Source of the DNA: Phoronis australis
Taxonomy: Eukaryota; Animalia; Phoronida
Length of the DNA stretch: 61,207 nucleotides
Reading direction: 5' to 3'
Assembly (NCBI GenBank): GCA_002633005.1
Contig: NMRA01000321.1
Span: 119,775 to 180,981 of the forward strand
Of the stretch, positions 11,583 through 24,558 are shown piece after piece. The translations under genes were made by a program, and so were the position numbers. The notes under the pieces were generated by a model that saw nothing but the letters and a program-made list of their open reading frames with translations, ran no database searches and was not told the origin of the DNA. Numbering within the stretch: the stretch's first letter is position 1; every line of letters starts with the position of its first letter.

Positions 11583-13374
11583 GTTTGTTGAATTTTTTTA
11601 TCGTTTTTGCATCTGAGTAAAGTAACTTCATTTTTTAAGTTTTTCGTTTACGATAATTAACATTCAGAAAAGTATACTAACTAATTTTTAACAGGTGAAA
11701 AATGTTTGTCGAGTCTTAAAGCAGGATGCCTTTTATCCTTAAATGCTCTGAAGTCCTAAACCATACAAGGCAAGTTGGTTGTGCACCTACTTTTATCTAG
11801 TGTTTTGATTTCTGCTTGCTCTTTTGCATGATGTTTCCTTTTTTGGATTATCTCTCTTATAGGTTTGTTAATTTTTGCAGCATGGGAGTTCGTTATACCA
11901 GTGTTTGAATCGGGATTGGTCTGATGTGTTAATGACATGTTCACAGAAGAAATGAAAAGATGAGTAGCAAAGAAAAACAGTCGATTTTGCGTGCATCTCC
12001 AGTATGGTCAGAGATAATTTTTGTTGTCCATTTGCTATAAATAATACTGGCTTGCTGGATATGTACTCGGGATGTACAAATTAATTTGAATGGGTTCTCT
12101 GAAAATTAAAAATTTTCTCTTTTGGTCCAAAGTCACGATTTTATAGGCCTAATTTGATTAATAAAGAAACAACTGCATATAGCAACTAGGATATAACAAT
12201 TTCAGTAAAAGCTGACATAAATGCACAAATGCAAGTAACATAATCGCCGCTTTAATGTAAACATCTGTACAAATCCTGAAATTGCCGTCTTCTACTCTGA
12301 CCTGAAATTAAGCATGAGACATCGCAAGTATCATAAATCCCGCTTAAATTTAACTACATTCTGTACAAGTTCTAAAATCGCAATATCCTTCTCTGACTTA
12401 AAGTTAAGCGCCGTTAACCACTGGCTTAAATACATATTCTTGACCTGTATTTTGCTTAAATTTACGTACGGCTACATGAATTACAGTTAGATTTTAAGGG
12501 AAAGTTTACGGTGTTTCTAGATTCCAGCTTTTGTATTCTTCTCACGGGCTTAAATTTAAGGTCATCCACACCACTAACGCAAGCTCAAGTTTTCTGCTCA
12601 CCACCTTAAATTTAAACACATCTACGTTACTAACTAACACTGGTTTACACACAAGCATTTCTGTACAGGTTTTAGATCGCAATAATCTTCTCACGGACTA
12701 TATAGTTCTTAGATAAAAATCTGTATGATAAAGTATGTGATATGAACTGTCTATGAAAAATAAATTTAAAACTACAAGTCATGGTGCCAAAATTATAGTA
12801 AAGTCTTTTTCACGACAGATTTGGTATGGCAAACTTGTTCATCATCCCATGATACTGTGTTTCTCTTGCTACAATGAGGGTACATTGCCACTATTAAATT
12901 TAAATAATTGTTTTTTGTGGAAAAATAGTTTGATAGGATTGCAGAATTAGCAGTATTCATAAATTTGCATTTAAGCAATATGTGAACATGGAATGCACCT
13001 TTAAACAAAGTGACACCCATACAACAGATGGAGGGTAAAAACCAGGTAAACACAGATAAAAACTAAGCTGCAGTAAAATCTTAACAATGCAGGTCCAGTA
13101 TGGCGCACTGTGACATTTCACTTCCCCAGTTTTTGTAAAAGATAAATTACCCCGAATGGATATTGTTCAGTGTTCAAATTCTGCAGCACAGCTACAGTGT
13201 AGTACCAGTAAGTGTTTTCTTAAAATAGCGAGTGGTCACCACTTCACCAGAATTCCTTGATTGTCGAAAAAAGCTTATAAAGCTTATGTTGGCAATAGTG
13301 TTCTCTTAACTGGGAGATTTTACTTTTATTCTTACACCACTAAAAGCAACCACTACTACTAATCAAAAATATTC

Positions 13375-15920
13375 TTGAAGAAGAATTAAATACACAAAGA
13401 TAGATGGCTGTGCTCCATGGCCAACTAAAATCATCAGCTGAGCGCTGTGATTCCTCAAGATTTCGGCCCTATCGGACACGAATTTGCTGCCCTCCACAAC
13501 CTTCTTTCCACACACTCTGACCTTCCTGGAATGATTCACACCAGCGACCTTCAGAAACCTCCATAAAGATGAAGACTGGATACATCGACATCCCACCTCA
13601 AAAGGAATCAGTTCACAGCTGTAACTTTCGTCTGGATTTCTGTTGCAAGTTCTGCATACTGTAACAGCTTACGTTCATGGGCTTCACAGAAACCCTCTTC
13701 CCATGCTACTGTTAGTTCACCAAGAAGAAGATGTTTTCTCACTTCATCGAGCAACACTACATCGGGACAAACCAGACAAGAGCAATCCCTCTGGTAGTGT
13801 CTTGTCTATTCGAACAGTCCAATGCCTATTGCCAGTAGCTGGTCTCTTGACACTGTTTGTACTTGCAACCCCTTGCCTGACGAAATTTATCTTTTGACAT
13901 TATTTGTATGGATCTACTGCACACTCAACTGCTTCACGTATAACATTTAGTACCTGAAAGTATACCATCCACACCTGAGCCCCTTACTGAAGCCAGATAA
14001 TATGTCTCAAACTAGCACTTCTATGGCAAAAACTGCAAGAAGAATCTGTCCGCAAGCCCCATCTCGCCAAATTGGCAGGTGATGGCAAGACATCATATGC
14101 CGACTGCATGAGGAACTTCAGATGACCTGCACTCGTACTCCACCAATCATTCCAACTGATCACCTTCTGTTCCACACCTTCCCAATTCAGCCACTGTCCC
14201 TGTTGAGCCTGCTGCACATCTTGTACCAACCAATGCTCCTCCATTTGCCGGACTTCTTGCTCACGTAGTTTCGTTCTTTCTGACCCCCTTGCCTCAGACC
14301 AAAAATGTTCCCTCTGGGGCCCTCCAATACCTCTTCTACCATCTCTCACCACACCAGCAAGTTCCTTCTGATGAGCCATTTCATTTGCAGTCTTCATTGT
14401 TTCACTCACTTTCCACTTGCTACCAGTATTTAGCTTAGGTGGTTTGACTCTTATGGTGTTATTATTCTATTCACACAACATAGACTGCAGCCTGACCTTT
14501 GCAACCATGTACTCCTCTACAACAGATGTAATTGGTAAATGCAACTTACTTTGCTTACTGTGCAGTGCTACTAATGAGAGAATCCTGGATTAACCAAACC
14601 ACTTTCTCACCATTTTGCTGATCTTACGCTCAATCGTCTCAACTCTAGACAGAGTTTTCTCATAGATGGTCATTGGCCACATAAGTCCTGGTAGCAAACC
14701 AAAGTGCATACACCACACCTTGGACTTTCCTGGCAAGCCAGATTTGTGGATACTTAGCAAACCATCCTCTGCTTGTCGCTGTAATTCCTCTTCCCGATGA
14801 CTATCTGTAAGTGGGAAACTATAATACCTTCCTAGGCTCTTTACTCCCTGCTCACGCACAGTTGGAATTCTTTCTCCTGCAATGTCAAAGTCAACGTTCA
14901 CAACACCACCCTTTATGAGTGACAACATCCTGCTCTTCTTGGGTTTGAAAGCCATTCTGCTCCAGCCAATAAGCTCAGCAAGTCTTTGTAGAACTCTACT
15001 TGCAATAGATGCATTCTCCTGCGAGATTGTTAGATCATCCATAAACGCTCGGAGTCTCACCTACCCCTGGAAGCTCCTCTGCTTTTCATTGACACCTCTA
15101 ATAATCATCTCCATTACCATTGCAAATAGGATAGGTGAAATGGAACATCCCATTGCATTTCCTTTCTCCAGGCTCACATACTTTGTTGTATACTTTGCTG
15201 TGGTGAAATGCAGCTTGAACTGATCAAAATACAACATTAAGCAACTTTGCAACCTCCGTGGAATACGAAAAACCTCCATTGCCAGTCCCAAAATGCTGTG
15301 TGCAACATATCCATAAGCATTGGCAAGATCTAACCAGATCACATGTAGGTCATTCGTATCTCTCTTGGCTTCCATAATCTTTGACCAGATCATAGCAACA
15401 TGTTCCAGTCACCCAAGCATACCGGCTTTCTGAATCCTGGTATCAATGAATCCATTAGCCGAAAGGAACCTTGTTAATCTCTTTGCCAAGACTGAAGAAG
15501 ATCTTCCCTTCAATATTCAACAAAGAGATTGGTGTGAACTGACCTAACTCAGAAGAGTTTTCTTCTTTTGGTATGTAGATACCATCTGCTTTACTCCAAG
15601 ACTGGTATATCCACCATCTCCCACACCTTTACCAAGGCTTTCCACAGACAAGTGACCAACTTTTGACAGTTCTTATACACTGCATAGGTTACACCATTGG
15701 GTCCTCGTGCTGACTTACTTCTAGCCTTCCTGATGACCTCCTTCACCTCCTTCATCTTAACCACTGACTCATCAAACAGAAATGTCAGAGCAGACAGCTT
15801 ACTCAGATTTGCCATTTGTTCTGGGACAGAATTACTCATCTCATCAGAGTATACTGACTAGGTGTTCCTCCAATCTCTCCTGAGTTACAGTGAGAGTACC
15901 ACTAGTCTTCTCTTTGAACA
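13375..15920 (-). mobile_element. 5'-truncated, decayed non-LTR retrotransposon with RT and restriction-like endonuclease (HERO-type)
   Basis: RT motifs ARGPNG, IWLDLANAYG, GCSISPILF and RAFMDDL. YDVLPSPANL..W...CSFC....SLRHI zinc knuckle. RLE motifs PDVVL...ELTVAWEE...AHERK and PFEVGCR at ~13580-13790. Many frameshifts and stops. Confidence 0.88.
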
Positions 15921-16046
15921 GCAATAGTGTTCCTCTTAATCGGAGATTTTACTTTTATTCTTACACCACTAAAAGTAACCACTACAGTACTCATCAAAAA
16001 TCTTCTTTAACTTAATTACTGACAAGTCCTTTTTGCATTCTTGCAG

Positions 16047-16158
16047 TCATCCCAGCGGACGCGGCAAACTAACTGCTCCATGTGAACAGTGTCTTGTTTT
16101 TTTGAAGCATATGGTGCTTTTTTTCACAAGCTTTTGTCATTCAAAGGATTTGTCTTGA
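16047..16158 (+). CDS. SLC10A7: Candidate terminal SLC10A7 exon (SHPSGRGKLTAPCEQ...DLS*)
   Basis: Good acceptor (tttttgcattcttgcag), open in the phase left by the 11582 donor. GKLTAP loosely resembles the vertebrate C-terminus. Speculative. Confidence 0.3.
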
Positions 16159-17310
16159 GGTTATAGGGCATCAGCAGCAGTGAATCTTAAAAGTGCCTAA
16201 TAAAACACATAGGTGCATACAGCATGAACATGTAAATATTCATAATACATACATGTACATTGCTTGTTACACCAACCAGTCAATACCAATTAGTTTCGAT
16301 GAAGTATTTCTGCATTTGCAATGACACACGAAAACGTTTAGATCCCACTTGCCCTTTCAAGGAGGAGAAAGTAAGTCGCTTGCTACCTTGCACGATTGTG
16401 CATCTTGTGTTTCCTATGTGGAGTATGCATGCAACCGCGACATGTTTGTCCTAAAGACAAATGGTCTTTTCCATATATCATTATGGACAGAAATTACACA
16501 ACAAAATTCAATTGGCAGTCTTCAACATAAAATGTCTGAACCACTCTCATCAATTTCAGAGGGGTCATTTCTCTATTGTGTATATGCTTCACTCCTCTGA
16601 TGTTCTCCCTACATGAATGAAGAGCACTGTTACTGTAAAAAAGTAGCTTGTGTTTGCAAACATATCTGCAGAACAACTTTGTTGCTAACTTTTTCATGTA
16701 TGTTTAAATTTTAATTTTTGATACTTCACATAAGAACCCTCTCATAGAGCAGGGTGTTATGTTGCATAGTACTATTGCATAGGTGATATATTTCTACCCA
16801 TTTTGAATCTTTCTTTATTGCTTCAAGTTCTTGAAATGATGCCAAACTGTATTCCTCTGCAGTTGTCAAGGAAACCAGCATATTGTACATTTCTTCCTCC
16901 ATTAAGCATTCCTTTAAACCTACTTTGATGAATTGTTTTCTTGTTCTACGATTTGACAATTATGCCTTTAAAGATATCAAAACATTTATGTGACAACCTT
17001 GATGCTATCATCTTAGCATAGGCGGCTTTCTATAAAGTAGTACTTTATTTGATAACAAAATGCCAGAACAATGGAAGTGTTGATGTGCGTGGTACTTCAG
17101 GAATACAAATTTATTGAATTATGAATTGCAGAGAATTTTAACTGCCTCACAAAGTACAGGGAGTAAATGTAGGCCTATGCTACTTCAGTTGTCTTCAGAA
17201 TTTCAGAATGTCACTCTCAATTTTAAGAAACAGATGATGAAAGGCCAATTTTTTCAACTTTACAATTGAGAGTTCGTCCCTTCTTGGATGAAATGTCAAC
17301 CCCATCCGCA

Positions 17311-17574
17311 CTAATGCTCAAATTTCTCCACAAAACTTGCTGTAACTTTGTACTCTTCACCCGATTTTGATATTTTTTGATTTTTGTTACAAGTGTGGGA
17401 TGCATTATATTTTCGATAATAGTGCAGAATTTCTTCAAAACAACAGAATTTGTACTTCCTAGTCAGTGTTCGATCCCACTGGTAATGCAGTCTTAGATCA
17501 GTGAGAAATCTGTGAACAGACACCCCAGCCTGTGGTGTATTGTAACAAACTCCCGTTAAACAGTGGTTTGGCAT
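17311..17574 (-). pseudogene. THAP-domain remnant of a DNA transposon
   Basis: MPNHCLTGVCYNTPQAGVSVHRF......QW pattern of a THAP N-terminus; degenerates afterwards; termini not resolved. Confidence 0.6.
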
Positions 17575-17949
17575 TCTTCAAATGCCAATAACAGTTTAAT
17601 TAAAAATATTTTGAAAATCGTAAAAACATAAGAACTTTCGGCAAATAACAATGGGGTTACTCGACCGGCTCAGTATTGCTCTGGGCATGTCTCACTGATT
17701 TGACGTAATAATCACAAAATAGCCTAAGTTAACATTTTCCTGTTCTCAGAATTTTGTGGTAAATGAGAGCACTTCTTATAAGATTTATTTATGAATTGCG
17801 GAATGAAATAAGTATAATTGATGGTTCATAAGTAACCTTTATTAATAGTCATGACGTATAGCTTCGTACATTGAGCAGCTGCAGTGTGTGCGATGTGTGG
17901 GCTGGAAGAGTAAAAGTCACGATGTTGTGGTCTTTCGTTCGTTCAACTA

Positions 17950-18200
17950 CGGTTACACCTGTTTGTGACTTGTGACCGTCAAGTACACGTATGAGTAGTG
18001 CGGCCCCTGAAGGCCTCTTGGATTATAGTTAACGAGGTGTATTTGGAGCCACTTGAGGAAGACTTTAGATTTGGACCACTCGCTATCGGAGACCATTTTA
18101 CTGGCACCTGGAGTGGAATCTTGCGGGAGATCCGAGCTGATCATTTTCCCCCTTAAACACGAAGAATGGAGATGGGCTGACTAGCTGCATTACCAAGGTT
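17950..18200 (-). mobile_element. pogo-like DDE_1 transposase fragment
   Basis: PG....SDSEWS...F.KWL..H followed by frameshifted LDGHKS, the typical DDE_1 core pattern. Confidence 0.6.
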
Positions 18201-18329
18201 ATTTGTCACCACTCACTTGAGTGGCACACTTTGTGCTGGTGCTGTCTACAATGTGTGGAGGATTGTGGTTGGTTGTGGCGTGCTTTTCTTCCACATTCAA
18301 ATATTCTGTAAGGCTTGTCTTCCAAATTG

Positions 18330-18970
18330 CTGAATGTTCACCTGTGTGATTCTGGACAATGTCAATTAGGCATTTGTTCATATATTGATAGGGTGAACTA
18401 TCCGTCCAGCAGTGAATAAGTTTCAGGTCAGGCAGCAGGGTTTTCAGTTCTGGAACATGCTTCTTGAGGATTGTATGTACAGCGACGGCGTTATGATTTG
18501 ATATGCAGAAACAAAAAATGAAGTTCTCGTATTCCAGTTCTCCCTTTCTATAGTACACTTTGCTACATGTGAAGTTTTCCGTGAAATCCATGTGCACAAG
18601 CATCTCATTTTGTGGTAGATCAGCACTGAGTTCCCATATAGTATTGTATTGAGTTTTAACTGCGGAAACGTGTAGAAATTCTAAATGTACTGCTGTTGCA
18701 TACGGGTGTTAAACTCGTTTTGTGGCAGGCTTGTCTTCACAATATTCATTTTTCATCTGCTTCTACTCGCTTCCATTCTTCAAATTCCACTTTCACGTTG
18801 TCCTGTATAGTACTGTCTATCATTTACCTCATTTCGTCTTCAGGTATCTTCTTGGTTACTATTGCAGGATTTGGAGAAATATCAATCCCCAGAGACCACA
18901 GACACTTCAGCTTCATAGCGAAATTCTGATATTTGCTCAAGAGAGAGAAAAACTTTTATTTCTTTTATCA
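18330..18970 (-). mobile_element. DNA transposase fragment, Sola2-like
   Basis: MDFTENF...SNHNAVAV...IHCWTDSS.YQY.N resembles the DF.ENY/HD/W.DG..Q.KN transposase pattern. The Sola2 assignment is from memory. Confidence 0.5.
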
Positions 18971-18972
18971 TA

Positions 18973-19623
18973 TCTTCTTCATCTTCTCATTCGTCAAATG
19001 GTCATTTTTTTTCTGCCAATGAATGCTGCCGTCCTCTGCAGGTCATATAGGCTGCCGTAGTTTCTTATCGAGCAGAGTGGCGGAGGGCCACACTTCTTTC
19101 CTCTTTTCCTCATACAGTGGGCATGTCTGGAGGATGTGTTCCGTGGCCTGGCTGTCCGTATCGCATAGACACAGCTCCGACAGGCCAATACGGAATTTGT
19201 TGAAAAGGTGACATCTGAGCCGATTGCAGTCAGTCCTCAACCTAAAAATTATGACCAGGTCCCTTCTTGACATCTGTTGTACTTTGAGTGCTGGTGGTTC
19301 CTTTTATTTCTGCCCACCCTTGAGAATGGTCTTGGCGTCACTTAGCTGGTCCCTCTTCTTGTCTGTTTCTTTTGTGCTCCTTGCTTAGCGAGTGTGTCTG
19401 CCATTTCATTTCCATTCACATTACAATGTGAGGGGATCCATTACAGTGTCACGTTGTGATTTCTGCGCAGGGACGTCAAGGCAGATGACAGCTCATTTAA
19501 TTCAGGGTTTTTCCAGACTTCAGTGCTTGGAGGACAGATAGAGCATCGGTCAGGAAAACGACCTCTTTGGATGTATGGGGGCTGTCCTTCACATGGTGTG
19601 CTGTCAATATCAATGCTTCTACC
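18973..19623 (-). mobile_element. 3' part of an RNase H-bearing I-group (Ingi/Nimb-like) LINE
   Basis: WIPSHCNVNGNEMADTLAK RNase H motif (~19385-19440). IFRLRT..NRL..HL....C.C...Q..EHILQTCP cysteine motif. (GAA)n-like tail at ~18973-18990. Confidence 0.85.
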
Positions 19624-20651
19624 TGTTGTGTATGCAGTACAAGAGATCGTTCGTAGAACACATGTTTATTGCATCACTAACATCAAACTACTACAACACA
19701 CATGTATGGGCTAAAAGTATATAAAATGCCAGATAGCTGCCAGTTGGCGTTGTTACTGCTCTAATGTAAACATAACATAACATCCCTCCATCCTGGGATT
19801 GAACACAAACTACTGTGAGTACACGAAAATAACACTTGACTGATATCCAACTACGTTATAGTAGAGAAATTTCCATTTACGCAAAAGTTCAATGAAATAG
19901 GTCACAATGTAAATCTTTGCGGCGGAATTGAACGTCGTCCCGAGTGGGTAGCAACACATTCATTTCTGGTCCCCGGCAACATCGAACTCTCGGTAGGTTT
20001 TTCCCGAATTACCGGAGGCGTAAAGTCCGTGCCGCCTTTCTCGATTCGAACGTCATTCGGTGTTGTAACCAACTCGTTACTACGCGTCGTTGGCAAGTTC
20101 GGTTGCACTTCTCCCGGTTGACTAACGATCGCATTTTCGTCCGGCATGCGACGTGACATACGGTCTGCGTGGCGTCGTCATTCGCGACCGTCGTGTAGAT
20201 TAATTTTGTAAGACACCTGTCCTTGTTGGGCGATACAATCAGGGCTGCCATCGCTGTAGGCCACCAAAATTTATTGCGTAAACAGTGTCTCCGATGAAAA
20301 ACTCGTGATCTGGTACGTTTGTCGATAGTCGCTGACTGTTTATCGACAACTTCCTGACGCACATTCGGCTCAAACAAATCAATCGCGAACGCGGCTTCCT
20401 GGACATGCATGTAGTAACTCAGCCGGTGAACGTCCAGTAGTCGAGTGTGGTGTAATGCGATATCTCGCTAAATACTTATGCAGTCGTGTCTCCATATCAC
20501 CACTCAGTTTCTTTATACCTTGCTTGATTGTTTGTACATCCCATTCGGCTGGCTGGGTGATACGGAGCGCTGCAAATGTGTTTGATGTTATTGTTTTTGC
20601 AAAACATGGAAAAATCCGCACTGGTGAAACCAGACACGTTATCCGACACTA

Positions 20652-20925
20652 TGTTGGAGGATGATCTCCATGATGTACTATAAATTCCATAATAAATTGG
20701 TTGTATAAGACTTGCATAAGAATTTGTTGTATAAGAAATAATCTTTTTGGTTTTGCTGTATTTTGCCTTATATGAGCATACTACTTGTGTATATATATTG
20801 ATGCGATCATAGAATAAAACATTCTGATAGTTTGTTGTACAGAAACATTGTGTTCTTTTATTAACGGGGATGTCATACTGACCATCAAGTCCACTTCATG
20901 CACAATGTCCCACCAATCAGCAACA
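20652..20925. mobile_element. Solo LTR of a different family inserted in the Gypsy A integrase
   Basis: TGTTG...CAACA termini; 5-bp TSD CACTA (20647-20651, 20926-20930); internal TATA-like run and AATAAA on +. It splits the integrase motif GLPVVIV/SDN. Confidence 0.85.
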
Positions 20926-22578
20926 CACTATAACAACGGGTAGTCCGTCTGTTGCGAAACACTTACGTAGTCGTTTAACGGTAGCCTCGGTCGATGTGCT
21001 ATCGGTAACATAAGCGTCCACATATTTGGTGTAAGCATCCACTATTACCAGAGTGTATTTACCTTGTATTGGTCCAGCGTAGTCTATGTGAATACGTTGT
21101 GGTTTCTAAATCAAATTCTATATACCATCAACCATTAAAACACACAGTTCAAAACACTAGTAACGCTTTTCTTTTTCAGCTATGGCTGTAACAGAAGGAG
21201 CACATGCAAATTTATGTGTTTTGCATAACATTGACATCATTTTGCAGGTGTGTCTGAAAATTATGTTTGACTTTTCAGATCCCTGCAATTTCCTGAAAAA
21301 AAAACAAGAAATACATGTTAGATCATGAAAAAACATTAAATTTCAATTAAATGTGTGATTTAATTAAATGCCATGTGTATTAAAAACATGCAGTGTTTCA
21401 GTGTAACAAAATAACGATGGATTTCTGGCTATTTTCAGCTATATCAAGGATTACTGTGGCCATCATTAACATTTTTTCATACTTTGAAATGCGCAAATGT
21501 CATAAGTACCGGTGCTAAACAACATCATCATACAAATATCCGCCAGAGGTGAAGGAATTTTGTCAATATGATTGCAGAACATAAAAAATCTAAATTTGCA
21601 CCCTGAGTGAAAAAATGCCGTAAGTGTACTGGGAAAAACGCCCACTGCACTGGGTCAAAAGGTCCATGTGGGCGTCTTGCCCCACCAGCATAGAGGCCTT
21701 TTGCCCCCAGTGAACAGCTTTCTGTTTTTCAACAAAATACCGTACAAGAAAGGGAGATAAGTCAAAGTAAATGACTCTAACAACAACTTAATACACTGAT
21801 TTAGCAGGAAAATCATCTGAACTGTCAGTTATTATTAGTAACGCATACGACACTAAACGTAACGATGTGTCGGTTTTACATGAAAACTTATAAACATACC
21901 GTTGAAGAGTGAGTTCCTAAAACGTGCCAGCAGACGATCGTGTGAAACCGGAAGACGTAATGCATCACGTGGCTGCCTACGTTGTATAATTCCCGACTTA
22001 TAGGGGCTATGTGTTTGACCCCGTGTAGGCTTTTTGCCCCATGTTACTCTACGGAACACGTAGGTACATTGTGCACTACCTGTTCCATGGTTCGTTGAAA
22101 AATGCCAGGCGCGCACGAAATTCCAAATGGTAGACTGGTATTAGCCAATAGTGCATGGCTCATTGAGTTCATGGTCGTTAACCGTTGGGCAACCTCGGTT
22201 AGTTCCGGTTGTTGATAAGCGTGGCTTAGATCAATTTTCGAGAACAGTTTTTCGCCTGCCAGTTTTTGGAATAAGTCTTCTACTCGTGGAATAGGGTACT
22301 TGTCGATCAAACCGGCCTTATTCAGTGGAGAACGGTTATCACCGCAAATACGGGCATCCCCCGAATTCTTCAAAACTGGCACAATGGGCGTGGCCCACTC
22401 TGATGAGTCAAGACGTTTTAATACTCCACCGTTGATCAGACATTGTCTCGGAACGCGTACGGGACAGGGCGAGCCTTCATGTATTTCGGTGGAGACGGCG
22501 GGTCAACGTTTAATGATATTTGACCGCCTGAGTACTTGCCTAATTTATCTGCAACGAGCAACATTTTTGCCTCATTAA

Positions 22579-23518
22579 AGTGTACACAACATGACTCTAG
22601 TACCTCAAAATAAATTTTATTATTATATCTTACTTGATTTCAGTGCCTTTAGTGCACAGCTCATAAAGAAACACGCAAAAATTGAAAAAAATAATAGTTA
22701 TGTACAACGTCATGGGTTGAACCCAAGTCGTTCGCCATACGGTTCGGATCAGAGACAAAGTGTATAGAGTGAAGAGAAAGCAAAGTATATTTAGCGTCGA
22801 GAAGGTTCGTAGAGGGATCAAAAGATGTGTTTCCGGAGGCTGCAGCAACAGCAGCCAGGTGGAAAACGTCTCGGTGTTCCGAAGGACACCAAAGTTGCGC
22901 AGAACGAGAGTGTGGGACGTCATCGTGGACCAAGCGATTCGGTCCGGGACCACTCTGTGTTCTGTCCACTTTGAGGACTCGTGTTTCGACTCCAGTCACA
23001 GGAGACATTACGATGAAGGCCTGGTTCAATAAAGGACAATACTTATCATTCAGAAACATCAGCTCTTAATTCAGGATCGTCTGTTGGATGACTGGGTTGA
23101 CTCGCCGAGCCCGAGGCCGCTTCTCTCGCGGCAGGATCCAGTTCATAAGGCTCAAAGCAGAAAAGTGCGCAGCCGGAAGCACATTAAACTTGTTCTCGCT
23201 TTCGTGCAACCCCATTTCCTCATCCTGGCCATCATTCCCGTACGTTTCTTCATAGTATTCGTTCAATTCTTGCTCATAATCGTCGTCACTTTCAAATTCC
23301 CTGCTCTCCGCCATTGTTCAATGCTAGTCACTGATATCTTGTGTTCAACCCATGACGTCACATGGCGGGAAATGTGAAAATTGGCAAAATTGAAAGAAAA
23401 ATCAAAATTTCGAGCTAATTACACAAAATAAACATGGGTTTAGCTAAATTTTACGTCATACATTTAGTCTGTGGCCACCGGTAATTTAAAATGTGCAAAA
23501 ATCCATGGTGTGTACTGT
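22579..23518 (+). mobile_element. Internally deleted Kolobok-like DNA transposon, copy 2, inserted in Gypsy A
   Basis: TTAA at 22575-22578 and 23519-23522. TIRs AGTGTACACAACATG / CATGGTGTGTACTGT. Reverse-complement homologue of 3516-4476. THAP remnant on +, MAESREFESDDDYEQE ORF on -. Confidence 0.88.
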
Positions 23519-24545
23519 TTAAGTGGTTGATCACCAGACAATTTCTCCCATGTGCTGTGATTAATCGCTGTATTTTTGGCGCCAGTGTCAATTTCCGTCG
23601 GATTGGGGTGACCATTGACAGTTATGTTCACCAAATATGGTTCGTTGTTCGTCTTGTTGGGTGTAAGGTGACACATTCCACCGTAAGTTGTTTCCCGCCT
23701 AGTTTGGCAGGCCTCGCCATAGGTGGTTTCCCGCTGCGTGGCCTGCTCTTGCACCACGTGCGTTTTACCCGCGTGTCCGGAATAGCCATGTCCATAGGAA
23801 AAGCAAACCGATGTGTAATGATTTTGTTTACCACATTTGAGGCAAGTAATGCCCCTAGCGGGACATATCCGTCTGTCTTTGCAAAATTTGGCACAACCCC
23901 AGCACGATCCTAGATCTACAGGCTTAGACGAACGAAATTTTGCAAATCTACCTGCCTCTGGGCGTTGCCCTGTCTGTGGGCGTTGCCCCCGTTTGTCTTT
24001 TATATTGTTAGTGTCCACCGCCAGCTTCCCCATGGCCTTGGCTTGCAAAGTCACGGATTCCTGTGTACGTCCGTATGTAAGCAATCCCTGCAAGGTAATG
24101 CTCGGTTCCGTGAGTCCTTTGTTGCGTACCTTGTCTAACCGTGACTTTTGAATCAGCTGGGATTTGATTTCCCGATCCATGTCCGCAGGCTCACAGTATT
24201 TAGCAAGGGTACGCAGCCGCGCATAAAACATGCATCCTGCGTCGCTTGTCGGAACTGAAATACTTCATATTCGGTGCTGCGCTTCGGCGCGAAATAATCC
24301 GACAGCTTAGTCTGAAATTGTTGATATGTTTCGTCCGTTACCGTAGGTAGCGAATCGTTTATCGCAAACACATCGTCGCCCGCATAATGGAGAAGCGTAG
24401 CTTTCTTCCGCAGTTACTGCGTTGTGTTTTTCGCCACCAGAAAGTTATCCAGTCGTTTCAGCCAAAGTTCCCAACGCGTGCTGGCTGATTCGTTGGGCTG
24501 AATAGCGAACGGTTTCAGAGTTAATTCCTCTGTAGTAATATTCTA

Positions 24546-24558
24546 ATCCTCGTCGCCA
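24546..24558 (-). promoter_or_regulatory. Primer-binding site of Gypsy A, complementary to the tRNA-Ser(GCU) 3' end
   Basis: TGGCGACGAGGAT 3 nt from the LTR end; complement of ...ATCCTCGTCG-CCA (tRNA end recalled). Confidence 0.8.

Noticed and set aside
16726-16959. Possible KolX/P2X7-tail-like remnant next to the THAP fragment
   Set aside because: Expected cysteines are mostly absent and the strand does not fit a convergent arrangement; too weak to call.
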